DNA of 64,000 bases, taken from assembly GCF_009914755.1 (NCBI RefSeq), contig NC_060932.1; one strand, 5' to 3'. The position numbers were made by a program, and so were the translations under genes. The notes beneath the pieces were generated by a model. It worked only from the letters and a program-made list of their open reading frames with translations, did not search any database and had not been told where the DNA came from. Positions within the stretch are counted from its first letter, which is position 1. Every line of letters begins with the position of its first letter. Positions 1 through 16,070 of this stretch are shown here, piece after piece. Source of the DNA: the human T2T-CHM13v2.0 reference genome, Homo sapiens.

Positions 1-789
1 ACAAGAAATAATGGGCGTCTCAAAGAAAAAGAGTAGGGAGAATGTTACAAATGAATCATTTTTGAAATCTAAATTATTTAAAACCTAACAATTAATTGGA
101 TGTGAGTACTGAGAGAGAGGAACTAGTCTAAGGTGACTTCCAGGTTTCTGTCTTAACTCAGGCTGATATCTTACCTACCTTTTTATCTCCCATTAACTCC
201 CATCACAGAAAACATAATGTGTAATAAAGAATAGATTTACAGACAGAATATGCCTACTCTGGAAAACCGGACCCACTACTTTTCATCTATCCAAATGATA
301 CCCATTTTTCAGGGCCCAGCTTAAGTACTGACTTCCTCACTATCCATCACCACCTCCAAGACTTCTTTGTTCTCTCCTTACTCTGACCAAGCACATTACC
401 TGATGTCTAAAATCACACATTTGGGGGTTCACCATAAATTACTCTTTCATTATATTATGCCATTTTTTGCTTTTCAGAATAAAAGTAGCCTAATTATCAG
501 AGTTAGTTGGATTTTTAAAATAATCTTTTATGCGTTAAATTCTTCAGATGTGAAGTGTATAAAGAAAAAAATAAAAATAACTTAAAATACCATCACCAGA
601 AACAAACATCATTCACAGTTTGCTATGTATACTTCCAGACATATCCCAGTGAGTATATGATTTTACATAAGCAGACGGAGAACTCTAATACTCTTCACAA
701 ACTGCTTTTTTCTCTCCGTGACATGTTAATTGCTTTAGATCCATACCACTTTATTTAGAAGCTGCAGAGTATTCCATTTTATGGATGTG

Positions 790-2640
790 CCCTGTTTCTT
801 CTTTGCTATTCTTTCTCTAATGTCTAAAGCTTAGATACTTAACATTTAATGTTACTTATTTAATAATATATGTATTTAAGGCTGTAAATTTCTCTATAAG
901 CACTGCTTTAGCTGCATCACAAATTTTGGTATGCTGTGCTTCCAGATTATTTATTCCAAAATATTTTATAAAATCAATTTGGATTTCTTCTTTGACTAAT
1001 AGTTTAAGTAGAAGTGTACTGATTAAATTCCAGACACATAGGAATTTTATAAATTATCTTTTTGCTATTTATTTCTAGTTAATTCTGCTGAGGTTCAAAA
1101 ACATATTGCTTATGATTTTAAATTTTTGAAATTTGTTAAAACTTGCTTTATGGCCAGTATGCTAAATTTTGATAAATTGTGTATATATACTATAAAGAAT
1201 GTGTATTCTTTTAGTTAGTAGATGCAATGTTCAATAAATGTTAATTAGGTCAATTAGATTTGTAACCCATGTCACTTGAAATCTTCTATACCCTTGTGGA
1301 TATTTACCTATTTGTTCTATCAGTTATCAAGACAGCTGTTTAAAATTTCCTACTATGATATTGGATTTATCTATTTTGCTTTTAATTCTGACAAATTTTG
1401 TGTCCTTTATATTTTTTCTCTGCTGCCTAAATCAGCAATGTGTTCTATATTTTGAGGTTGTTCTTAGGTGCACACAAGTTTAGACTAGCTACACTTTTCT
1501 GTCAAGTTGTAGTTGTATTACTATTAAATGTATTTTGTGTCTCTAGTAGTTCTTTTTTCATTGCTGTCTAATTTGCTTGGTAACAATATAGGTGCAGTAT
1601 CTTTCTTTTACTTAGTATTTATTGCATAATATATGTTTTTCATCTTATTATTTTCAATCTTTGCTACATCCTCATATTTTATTTCTTTTAAACAAGTATA
1701 TAATTAGGTTTGGAATTTATCTAGTATGTTAAGCTTTGCCTTTTAATTATATTATTTAGTCCACTAACACTTCATGTTAATATATTTCACTTACACATAA
1801 TGTAACTTACACGTTAGTATATTTGACTTTAAACCTACTATGCTGTTATTTTTTCTGTTTCTGCTTCTTTACTTTCTTGCCTGATTTAGGGTTGATTATA
1901 CATAGTTATAATTCTATTATTCTCTTATTAGCTTGGTGCTTATGCATTGTCTTAATGATCTTTTAGTGGTCACCCTAGAAATTAAAGCTTGAATCCTCGA
2001 CTCATCAAAGTCTAACATAAATTAATACTTTTGCCACTTCCCAGACTATAAAACGTTAGAACATTTTAACTCCATTTACCTTTCTGCATTTTGTGTTACT
2101 ATTATCTTTTAACTTTTAAACTTCATGATCCATTATTGTCATTGCTATATGATGTCAAAATTTATTTATATTTATGCCCACATTTACACTTTTTCTTGCT
2201 CTTTACTTTTTTTTACTTCTCTGATGTTCTATCTGGGATAATTTACTTTCTTTCTGAAGAGCATTTTTCCTTAGCATATATTTGGTTTTCTCTAAAAATA
2301 TATTTATTTTTCCATGATTATGGAATTCTAGTTGGAAATTGTATTCTTTCAGGAGTTTGAAGAATACATTCCATTATCTTCTGGGTCTCATTGTTTCAGT
2401 TGAGAAGTCAGTTTTCCTTGTTGCTTCCTTGATGGTAATATGCCTTTAAACTTTTAATAACAAAGTTAAAACATTGTCTTAATATTATTTTCTTTGGCTT
2501 TTAGTAGATCTATTATAAAACATCCTGCTTATTCTTCATCAGTTTTGAAAAACTTTCAGCATTATATCTTCAAATATTGCTTCTATGCTATTCTCTTTCT
2601 CATTACACCTATGTGAAACCATTTGATTATATCCTACAGG
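790..2640 (-). mobile_element. Ancient, highly decayed L1M (L1MC/L1ME-type) ORF1/ORF2-region fragment
   Basis: T-rich strand with L1 antisense landmarks, e.g. 'atttaaggctgtaaatttctctataagcactgctttagctgcatcacaaattttggtatg' (~874-932) and 'gttgagaagtcag' (~2400). No intact ORF; boundaries approximate. Confidence 0.6.
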
Positions 2641-2650
2641 TTTGCAGAAT

Positions 2651-2690
<40 letters not shown>
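2651..2690. repeat. (TAGA)n tetranucleotide microsatellite, 10 units
   Basis: Perfect 'tagatagataga...' run. Confidence 0.95.
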
Positions 2691-3039
2691 AGACATATAT
2701 CCAATATATCTTATGTCTTTTACTATTGTTGTATTTTCAGTATTCATCTTTGTTAATTTTATCCTGAATGCACACACAAGGTGTTATCCTTCCTGAAAGA
2801 GGGTTTAAATTTGCTTCTGGATATTGGCACAATAAAGGCATGAGCAATCTGAGGTTATTTTAATCCAATGAGCAATTAAGCTTATTGAACCTGGACTATA
2901 ATCATCCTGAGGAAAGTCTATTGAAGTTTTCTCTTACTCCTAAGGTGTAGCCCTTCTAATTCTCAGCCAAAGACCAAGAGTTTTCACCAGAACCCAGCCT
3001 TCCCTGTCAGGTACTGAGCCCTAACTTTTGCCCCTTCAA

Positions 3040-3408
3040 ATTCAAAAGAATAAAATTAGACTTTATATTAAACCATCAGCTCAAAATGGATTAAAGACTT
3101 AAACATAAGACCTGAAACTATAAAACTCCTCGGAAAAGATATTGATTGGTCTAGGCAATGATTTATTAGATATAACATGGCAAGAACAGTCAACAGGAGA
3201 AGTGGAAATAAACAAATGGGGCTATATCCAACATTAAAAAACCTACAAAGCACAGGAAACAATGAACAGAGTGAAAATACAACCTATAGGATGAAAGATA
3301 TAACTGTACAAATCATATATTTAAAGGAGATATTAACATCCAGAGTATATAAAGAGCTCCTATAACTAAACAACAAAAAACAATTTTAAAATGGGCAAAG
3401 GACTTGAA
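3040..3408 (+). mobile_element. Old L1M ORF2 fragment
   Basis: 'ctcaaaatggattaaagacttaaacataagacctgaaactataaaactc' and 'aaatgggcaaaggacttgaa' are L1 ORF2 3'-half landmarks. Confidence 0.7.
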
Positions 3409-4812
3409 GGCAAGAGAAAGAATATTAAAATTGCATCCAAATTGGAAAAGAAGTCAAACCATTGCTGTTAGCCAATGATAGAAAAAGCTAAAAATGCCTC
3501 CAAAAGATTCCTAGATTTAATAAACAAATTCAGTAAAGTCTCAGGTTACAAAATCAATGTATACAAATCATTAGAACCGCTGTACAACAACAACAACCAA
3601 ACTGAAACAAATCAAGAACTCAACTCCTTTAACAACAGCTGAAAAAAATAATAAAATAAAATAAAATACATAGGAATATACTTAGCCAAGGAAGTGAAAG
3701 ATCTCTACAAGGAGAACTACAAAACACTGCTAAAAGGAATCATAGATAACACAAACAAATGGAAATATATCCCATGCTCATGGATTGGAAGAATCAATAT
3801 TGTGAAAATGACCATACTGCCCAAAGCTATCTACAGATTCAGTGCAATTCCTATCAAAATGTCAGTATCATTTTTCATAGAATTAGAAAAAAATCCTAAA
3901 ATTCATATGTAACCAAAAAAGAGCCCAAATAGCCAAAGCAATTCTAAAAAAGAAGAACAAATCTGGAGGCATCACGTTACCAGACTTCAAATTATAGTAA
4001 AGGCTATAGTTACCAAAACAGAATGATACTAGTATAAAAGTAGGCACATAGACCAATGGAACAGAGTGGAGAACCCAGAATTAAAGCAAAATACTTACAA
4101 TTAACTAATCTTTGACAAAGCATACAAAAATATAAATTGAGGAAAGGAAACCCTATTTAATAAACAGTGCTGGAAAAACTGGCTTGTATGCTGCCAGTAG
4201 GAACGTAAATCAGTACGACCACTATGGAAAACAGTATGGGTATTCCTTAAAGAACTAACAGTAGATCTATCATTCGATCCAGCAATCCCACTACTGGGCA
4301 TCAACCCAAAGGAAAATAAGTCATTATATGAAAAAGACACGTGAACATGTATGTTTATTGAAGCACAATTCACAATTGCAAAGATATGCAACCAATCTAA
4401 ATGCCCATTGACCAATGAGTGGATAAAGAAAACGTGGTAAATATACACCATGGAATAATACTTGGCCATAAAAAGAAAGAAGATAATGTTTTTTGCAACA
4501 ACTTGGATGGATCTGGAGGCCACTAATCTAAATGAAGTAACTCAGGAATGGAAAACCAAATAGCGTATGTCCTCACTTATAAGTGGGAGCTAAGCTCTGA
4601 GTACATAAAGGCATACAGAGTGATATAATGGACTTTGGAGACTCAGAAGGGGAAGGGTGGAAGGGAAGTAAGGAATAAAAAGCTACATATTGGGTACAAA
4701 GTACACCATTCAGGTGAAAGGTGCACCAAAATCTCAAAATTCACCTCTGTATAATTCATCCATGTAACCAAAAACCACGAATACCCCAAAGCTATTGAAA
4801 TTTTAAAATATA
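3409..4812 (+). mobile_element. 5'-truncated L1PB-type element (ORF2 3' part plus 3' UTR) with internal deletion near 4185
   Basis: ORF 3694..3912 '[34 protein letters not shown]' is L1 ORF2. L1PB-type 3' UTR 'agtgggagctaagct...gactttggagactcagaagggg...aaagctattgaaa'. Confidence 0.85.
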
Positions 4813-4829
4813 TCTTAAAATAAGATAAA

Positions 4830-6350
4830 ATGAATGTTTTTGGTTTTAACTTTTATACTAGAGCTAAAAGTGATTTATACATCACCATTTCAGTGCTACA
4901 GTATTCTGTATATGTCTATATATATTTACCTTTGCCAGTGACTTTTTTGTGTGTGTTGCTGTTTCATTTTAACTTGCCTTTCATTCAACTTGAAGTATTT
5001 ATTGAAGCAACATTAACATTCCTTATAAGATAGGTCTAGTGGTGATGCTTATTTATTTAAATAAGTTTTTTTCCTTTTTTTCTTTCTCTTCTCTTTTTGG
5101 TAACCCCAGCACATTCTGAAGGACAGATTTGCCATGCATAGTATTCTTGGCTGGCAGGGTTTTTTTCTTTAAGGACTTTGAATGTACCATTCTACTCACT
5201 TCTGGTCTTCAAAATTTTTGCTGAGAGATAACGAATAATCTTATGAAGGCTCCCTTGTATATGACAAGTTATTTTACCCTTTATGCTCCCAAAATTCTTT
5301 GTCGTTACCTTTTGACAACTTAATAATAATGTGTCTCAGTTGATGTTCTTTGTACCTTTGTATTGGTGGCTGCAAATCTGAAGAAATGGAGCCACCTCTA
5401 CCAATCTTTATGGACTGGTTTGGCAGGGAAAGATCTTCCTAGCTAGAAATTCTGGAAGCAGCTTAAACCTTTTCTATAACTGTGTCTTCTCTTTATTTGT
5501 GCATTTAAATTCTTAAATAAAATGTTTTACCAATTTCTTTTTTTTTTAAGAGCCCATTGTATCTTGCTTCCTCTGGTATCTGACTGCTATATCAGGGTCA
5601 GGACTTACAGGCACACTTCACTTCTCTCCCTCTTTCCCTGTGGAGAAGCCATGAGTTCTATGCTTTCTCCCTATCTTGCAAAGCCATTCTTGGCATAGTA
5701 AGCTACCAGCCCCTTTTCCTTTGTTCTTAGCTGCCCCTACCAAACTAAGCTACTTCTGTCAACATTCTGGGTCAAGTGAGACAGAAACCAGTCCCTCAGG
5801 CAGTATATTGAAAGTCCAAGACGCTGAAAACACACTCCATTCCTCTTCCTCCCTTCTGAAGGAGAAGTCACGGGGCTGTGTGCCTTCTCTCAATCTTACA
5901 GCCATGTCAGCAGCAATAAGCTATCAACCCCTTTTCTTTGTTCTTAGTTTACTCCAGGTATCTGAAATATGCCAGTTCTGTCCATGTTCCATGTCAGGCA
6001 AGACAAAAAAACAGCCCTAGGGAAACACACTGAAAGGCCTGAGACATGGAAGCACACTCTGCTCTCTCTTTCCCCCAAGGGAGAAATCATGGGCTGAGGC
6101 AATCTCTCTTAGCAGTGAGTGTGCTGGGTTGAGCAGGAGCTGACACAGGTAAGTAAAATTGCTCTTCATACCTGTTTCAGTGTGGCTGTTCTTGGTCTTT
6201 TGCTCACCTTGGGTATTTCAACTTTGTAACTGAATTCTAGACTTCTCATAAAGGTATTATGGTGCATAAATCACTGTTAAATCCATTCTATAGGGGGACA
6301 AGGGCTGAGACTTCCTATTCTGTCATCCTCCTTACATCACTCTCCAAGGC
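4830..6350 (-). mobile_element. Old L1M ORF1/5' region fragment
   Basis: 'gcatagtattcttggctggcagggttttttctttaaggactttgaat'-like ORF1 antisense landmark (~5136-5183), followed by a more GC-rich 5'UTR-like segment. Confidence 0.55.
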
Positions 6351-6369
6351 AGGTATTTTGAAATCTTTA

Positions 6370-6505
6370 AAGCTCCATTTTGTAAATGACAAAATTGACA
6401 TCCAGAGAGGCTAGGTAATTTGGCTATGTCAAACAAACAGAAGTAATGGAGCCAAAATTTTAATTCATGTAGCTTGACTAAAACATCAACAGCTTAACAA
6501 CTCTT
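6370..6505 (-). mobile_element. MIR SINE fragment
   Basis: Degenerate MIR core 'ccattttgtaaatgacaaaattgacatccagagaggctaggtaatttg'. Confidence 0.6.
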
Positions 6506-6854
6506 CTCCACTGCTTGCTATTTAGCAATTTTTCCCTATTTACTAAAAAATCTGCTTTCTTGCACAGAAATTATTATTAATTTTTAAATAACCTTTAAGA
6601 ATATATTTTTGGAAATGAAATCACCAAGTAAATGGCACAACCATTAGAAATATTGATAAATATTAACATACAGCCTTTCATTTTGGTTAAATACATTTTT
6701 CACACTAAGTATCAATTAATAACAGAACAATTTTCCATGCTTTTCAATCTAAGAACTTAAAAATGATGCTCAATTTTTTATTTGCTCCTCTAGTTATTAG
6801 ATTGAAAATCTTTATATGTGCTAACATGCCACTTTTTGGTTTGTTTTGTTTTGT

Positions 6855-7003
6855 TTTTAACTTTTAAGTTCAGGGGTACAGGTGCACGTTTGTTATAAAA
6901 GTAAGCTCTTGTCATGGGAGTTTGTTGTACAGATTAATTTGTCACCCAGGTATTAATCCCAGTACCCATTAGTTATTTTTTCCTGATCCCCTCCCTTCTC
7001 TCT
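6855..7003 (-). mobile_element. Short 3' end of an older L1PA (L1PA13-16-like)
   Basis: 'aacttttaagttcaggggtacaggtgcacgtttgttat...gtcacccaggtatta...cctgatcc' is an antisense L1 3' UTR of an older type than the adjacent element. Confidence 0.7.
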
Positions 7004-7444
7004 CTTTTATTATTTCTTTTTTTTCTTTTTTTTTTTAATTATACTTTAAGTGCTGGGATACATGTGCAGAAGGTGCAGGTTTGTTATATAGGTATACATA
7101 TGCCACGGTGGTTTCCAACACCAATCAACCCGTCATCTACATTAGGCTTTTCTCTTAATGCTATCCCTCCCCTAGCCCCCCACCCTCCGACAGGCATTGG
7201 TGTTTGATGCTCCCCTCCATGTGTCCATGTGCTCTCATTGGTCAACTCCCACTTATGAGTGAGAACATGCGGTGTTTGGCTTTCTGTTCTTGTGTTAGTT
7301 TGCTGAGAATGATGGTTTACAGCTTCATCCATGTCCCTGCAAAGGACATGAACTCATCCTTTTTTATGGCTGCATAGTATTCCATGGTGTATATGTGCCA
7401 CACTTTTTTATCCAGTCTATCATTGATGGACATTTGAGTTGGTT

Positions 7445-10056
<2,612 letters not shown>

Positions 10057-10119
10057 TATGATGCTAGCTGGTTATTTTGCCCATTAGTTGATGTAGTTTC
10101 TTCATAGCATCGATGGTCT

Positions 10120-11140
10120 TTACAATTTGGTATATTTTTGCAGTGGCTGGTACCAGTTGTTCCTTTCCATGTTTAATGCTTCCTTCAGGAGCTCCTGTAA
10201 GGCAGGTCTGGTGGTGACAAAATTTCTCAGCATTTGCTTGTCAGTAAAAGATTTTATTTCTCCTTCACTTATGAAGCTGAGTTTAGCTGGATATGAAATT
10301 GTGGGTTGAAAATTCTTTTCTTTAAGAATGTTCAATATTGAGCCCCAGTCTCTGCTGGCTTGTAGGGTTTCCACTGAGAGATCCACTGTTAGTCTGATGG
10401 GCTTCCCTTTGTGGGTAACCCAGCCCTTCTCTCTGGCTGCCCTTAGCATTTTTTCCTTTATTTCAATCTTGATGAATCTGACAATTATGTGTCTTGGGGT
10501 TGCCCTTGTTGAGGAGTATCTTTGTGGCGTTCTCTGTATTTTCTGAATTTGAATGTTGACTTGCCTTGCTAGGTTGGGGAAGTTCTCCTGGATAATATCC
10601 TGAAGAGTGTTTTCCAACTTAGTTCCATTCTCCCCGTCACTTTCAGGTCCACCAATCAAATGTAGGTTTGGTCTTTTCATATAGTCCCATATTTCTTGAA
10701 GGCTTTGTTTATTTCTTTTCACTCTTTTTTCTCTAAACTTCTCTTCTCGCTTTATTTCATTAAGTTGATTTTCAATCTCTAACATCCTTTCTTCCACTTG
10801 ATTGATTCACCTATTGATACTTGTGTATGCTTCGTGAAGTTCTCGTGCTGTGTTTTTCAGCTCCATCAGGTCATTTATGTTCTTCTCTAAACTGGTTATT
10901 CTAGTTAGCAACTCCTTTAACCTTTTTTCAAGATTCTTAGCTTCCTTGCATTGGGTTAGAACATGCTCCTTTAGCTCGGAGGAGTTTGTTATTACCCACC
11001 TTCTGAAGGCTACTTCTGTCCATTTTTCAAACTCATTCTCCATCCAGTTTTGCTCCCTTGCTGGAGAGGAGTTATCCTTTGGAGAAGAGGCATTCTGGTT
11101 TTTGGAATTTTCAGCCTTTTTCTCCCCATCTTTGAGGATT
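10120..11140 (-). pseudogene. L1 ORF1p remnant (broken into at least 2 ORFs)
   Basis: 'SLQEIWDYMKRPNLHLIG...IIQENFPNLARQ...PRHIIVRF...YPAKLSF' is L1 ORF1p. A stop interrupts the coiled-coil. Confidence 0.9.
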
Positions 11141-12659
11141 TATCTAGCTTTGGTCTGTGATGTTGATGACCTTTGGATGGGGTCTCTGAGTGGACATCCT
11201 TTTTGTTGATCTTAATACTATTCCTTTCTGCTTGTTAGTTTTTCTTCTAACAGGCAGGCCTCTCTGCTGCAGGTGTGCTGGGGTTTGCTGGAGGTCCACT
11301 CCAGACACTGTTTGCCTGGGTATCACCAGCAGAGGCTGCAGAACAGCAAATATTGCTGCCTGTTCCTTCCTCGGGAAGCTTCATCCCAGAGGTTCACCCA
11401 CCAGATGCCAGTGAGAGCTCTTCTGTATGAGGTGTCTGTTGGTCCCTACTGGGAGCTGTTTCCCAGTCAGACTACACAGGGGTCAGGGACCCACTTGAGG
11501 AGGCAGTCTGTCCCTTATCAGAGCTTGAATGCTGTGCTAGGAGATCTGCTGCTCTCTTCAGAGCTATCAGGCAGGGATGTTTAAGTCTGCTGAAGCTGCA
11601 TCCACAGCTTCCCCTTCTTCCAGATGTTCTGTCCCAGGGAGATGTGGGTTTTATCTATAAGTCCCTGACTGGGGCTGCTGCCTTTTTTTCAGAGATGCCC
11701 TGCCTAGAGAGGAGCAATCTAGAGAGGCAGTCTAGCTGCAGAGGTCTTGCTGAACTACGGTGGACTCCACCCAGTTCAAACTTCCCAAGGGCTTTGTTTA
11801 CACTATGAGGGTAAAACAGCCTACTCGAGCCTCAGCAATGGCAGGCACCCCTCCCCTCACCAAGCTCGAGTGTCCCAGGTTGACTTCAGATTGCTGTGTT
11901 GGCAGCAAGAATTTCAAGCCAGTGAATTTTGGCTTGTTGGGCTCCATGGGGATGGGATCCACTGAGCTAGACCACTTGGCTCCCTGACTTCAGCCCCCTT
12001 TCCAAGGGAGTGGATGGTTCTGTCTCGCTGCTGTTCCAGGTGCCACTGAGGTATGAAAAAAAAGAAAAAGAAAAAGAAAAAAAAGCTACTACAGCTAGCT
12101 CGGTGTCTTCCCAAATGGCTGCCCAGTTTTGTGCTTGAAACCCAGGGCCTTGGTAGCATAGACACCAGAAGGAATCTCCAGGTCTGCAGGTTGCGAAGAC
12201 CGTGGGAAAAGTGCAGTATCTGAGCTGGAGTGCAGCGTTCCTCCCAGTACAGTCTCTCATGGCTTCCGTTGGCTATGGGAGGGAAATCTCCAGACTCCTT
12301 GCACTTCCCAGGTGAGGCGATGCCCCACCCTGCTCTGGCTCGCCCTCTGTGGGCTGCACCCACTGTCCAACCAGTCCCAGTGAGATGAACCAGGTACCTC
12401 AGTTGGAGATGCACAAATCACCTGCCTTCTGCATCAATCTCACTGGGAGCTGCAGACTGGAGCTATTCCTATTCGGCCATCTTGCCAGCAACTCCCTATT
12501 TTTTTCTTTTCTACATTGCCTAATCATATGGTTTTATTTTTAAGTTACCTGTCTTTTTCTTTTTATTGATAAGAATTTTCTGTTTGATAAAAATATTAGA
12601 GCCTTGTCATACATGTTGCAAATATTTTTTCTATCTTGTCTTTCAATTTTAGTGGATTT

Positions 12660-12664
<5 letters not shown>

Positions 12665-12705
<41 letters not shown>
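12665..12705. repeat. (TG)n dinucleotide microsatellite, ~20 units
   Basis: Perfect TG run. Confidence 0.95.
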
Positions 12706-12707
<2 letters not shown>

Positions 12708-14284
12708 TTATTCAGGCTATCCTAACCTACTCTAAAATAACTTTTAATTATATTTTTATTTTAGCATTTTTATTATTTCATTGTCTTAACTTTATAACTT
12801 AGATCACCTGGGATTTATTTTTATATAGTGAGCTGGAGAACCAACTTTTTTTTCCAAGCAATTAGTCAGTACCTCAACATAACTTAGAGACAAGTCCATT
12901 TCTTCTCCCTGATTGAAATTCCACCTTTTTTTATACTATATCCTCGATATACTTTGTTGTATTTCTGAACTCGATTTACCTCTATTGATCTATTTTCTCT
13001 TGTATCATTACCATACTATCTTAATTCCAAGCATTGGTGCTATTATCCACTACTTGTTTCACTTGCATCATATCTTTTGTGCTCAACAAGTTTCTAAGCC
13101 CCTTGATATCAGAGACTAGAACTTATATTTGGGCCTGTTTGCATGTGTGTCCTTGAAAGAACTTGAAACAATATTATACACTCACAGATCTAAAATTTGT
13201 CTGAACCTAGTCTCAGAACTTCATATCAGATCTATCAATCCATAGATTAATATGAAAGCTTTCGAACCTTGGCTACAAACAGAGGAGTGGAAATATCTCT
13301 GGGACCATCTTAACCAATAATAGAGATAAATGATCTACTAGTTTTTGTTTTGTCCCATAATTGTCAGAGAATCAGAAGTACTGCTTGCTCTTTTTATATA
13401 TGAGGGATATCCAGATCTGATTAGTTTGATTTACAGTATGGCTTAGGAATAAATAATTGTGTTACTCTGCAATGGAATAGAGCAAAATATATTTACTCCA
13501 GCCATATGCTTATGGTTTTAGGAAGTGTCTCATGTTGAGGTACAGAAGATATGGGCTTTGTTATTAAGAAAATTGATATAAATTTTGGTTTTATCACCTA
13601 CTGGTTTTTTGCCTGATATGTAATCGACATGCAATAAATATTTTAAATAAATTAAAAATGAATTAATAAATATATACTTTGTCTAACCATAATATGTGTT
13701 ACTAATGGCAACAACCTGTCAGAAAGTGGCCCATTTTCAGTGCCATTGTATTCAATGTTTCTTGCTATTAGAACCATTAGAATAACTGTTTCATAGAGAA
13801 CTCCTAGATGGTGAAAGCAAACCCTCCTTTAAACAAACTTAAACTCAAGTATCCAGAAAAGGAAAGGTAAATTCTGTATCCAAATGTCTCTTTCCTTCAG
13901 GCATTCTAAAACAAAATAAAAATAAAGCATTTTTCCTATCTAACATATAAATTTGAGAACTAGATTATTTTATTCCTTTTATTCCTTAGAAAGCACCCCT
14001 TGCCTCCCTATTTATTCAAAGCCAGTTATTTTCTCAGGAAAATTTACACAATAAGTCTAGTGTTTTATAAAAACTTCAGTGATTTTTTATAGTTCTATGA
14101 AATAATAGAGCATAAGCAGCGTCTTTAATATTTAGGACCTGGGAAAAGTGTGTTGTCAAGAGACCTGAATCTGGAAGAAAGTTCACAGCCAGAGAAATAG
14201 ACAGGGCAGGCTGAATAGGAAGTAGCTAGAAAATCACTAAGGGCACTCGCTGAAAGTGAGATTATGAGGACTTGATTTTTTTTA

Positions 14285-16070
14285 AAGGACATTAATGAAG
14301 ACATACAAATGGCCAAGTGCACATGAAAAGATTTCAACATTACTAATCATTAGGGAAATGCAACTCAAAACCACAATGAGATACCACACTGCACCCATTA
14401 GGGTGGCTACTATCAGAAAAATAGAAAATAGCACATGTTGGTGAGGTTGTAGAGAAATTGGAACACTTGTGTACCATTAGTGGAAATGTAAAATGGTGTA
14501 ACTACTATGGAAAACAATATGAAAATAATTGAAATAACATCTAAAAAGATATATGTACACCTAGGTTCATAGCAATGTTATTCACAATAGCAAACAGGTA
14601 GAAGCAACCCAAATACTCATCAATGAATAAATGTATAAACAAAATGTTATATATATATATAACATTGTGTGTGTGTGTATATATATACACAGATATATAC
14701 AATGAAATATTATTCAACCTTTAAGAAGGGGGAATTTTAAACTAAAGAGCTTCTGCTCAACAAAAGAAAATATCATCAGAGTGAACAGGCAGCCTACAGA
14801 ATGGGAGAAAATTTTTGCAATCTATCCATCTGTCCAAGGGCTAATATCCAGAATCTACAGGGAACTTAAACAAATTTACAAGAAAAAAACAACCCCATCA
14901 AAAAGTGGGCAAAGGATATGAACAGACACTTCTCAAAAGAAGACATGCAGCCAACAAACATACGAAAAAAGGATCATCATCACTGGTCATTAGAGAAATA
15001 CAAATCAAAACCAAAATGAGATACCATCTCATGCCAGTTAGAATGGCGATCATTAAAAAGTCAGGAAACAACAGATGCTGGCAAAGATGCAGAGAAATAA
15101 GAACGCTTTTACACTGTTGGTGGAAGTGTAAAGTAGTTCAACCATTGTGGAAGATAGTGTGGCGACCCCTCGGGGATCTAGAACCAGAACTAGCATTTGA
15201 CCCAGCAATCCCATTACTGGGTATATACCAAAGGATTATAAATCATTCTACTATAAAGACACATGCACACATATATTTATTGCTACACTATTTACAATAG
15301 CAAAGACTTTGAACAAACACAAATGCCCATCAATGATAGACTGGATATAGAAAACGTGGCACATATACTCCATGGAATATTATGCGGCCATAAAAAAGAA
15401 TGAGCTCATGTCCTTTGCAGGAACATGGATGAAGCTGGAAACCATCATTCTCAGCAAACTAACACAGGAACAGAAAACCAAACACCGCATGTTCTCACTC
15501 ATAAGTGGGAGCTGAACAATAAGAACATATGGACACAGAGAGGGGAACATCACACACTGGGGCCTGTGAGGGGGTGGGGGGCAAGGGGAGGGAGAGCATC
15601 AGGACAAATACCTAATGCAAGTGGGGCTTAAAACCTAGATGACAGGTTGATAGGTGCAGCAAACCACCATGGCACATGTAAAGCTATGTAACAAACCTGC
15701 ATGTTCAGCACATGTATCCCAGAACTTAAAGTAAAATAAATAAATAAATAATAAAAAATAAAAAGAGGGAATTTGGGCATATGCTACAACATGGATGAAC
15801 ATATGGACATTATTTGAAGTAAAATAGGCCAGTCATAAAGAAAAATACCATGTGAGTCTACTTTTATTAGGTGCCTGGAGCAATCAGATTCATAGAGAAA
15901 GTAGACTGGTGGTTCTTAGGAGCCGAGGGGAGGAGAGGAAAGGGTGATATTGTTTAATGAGTATAGAGTTTCAGATGGTGATGATGGTTGCACAACAATG
16001 TGAATGTACGTAATAAAACTAATGTTTGCACTTTACAATGGTTAAGATGTGTACTTTATCGCAAGTTAAA
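14285..16070 (+). mobile_element. Old L1MB-type 3' fragment, split by a younger L1PA insertion (14738-15760)
   Basis: 'gaagacatacaaatggccaag...aatgaaatattattcaacc' before the insert resumes as 'atgctacaacatggatgaac...gtatagagtttcag' after it. Confidence 0.75.
14738..15760 (+). mobile_element. 5'-truncated L1PA7/8-like 3' end (~1 kb) with poly-A
   Basis: ORF 14905..15300 '[25 protein letters not shown]' is the ORF2 C-terminal Cys-rich region. 3' UTR ends 'tatcccagaacttaaagtaaaataaa'. TSD-like 'aagaagggggaattt' (14723-14737) / 'aaaagagggaattt' (15761-15774). Confidence 0.9.
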
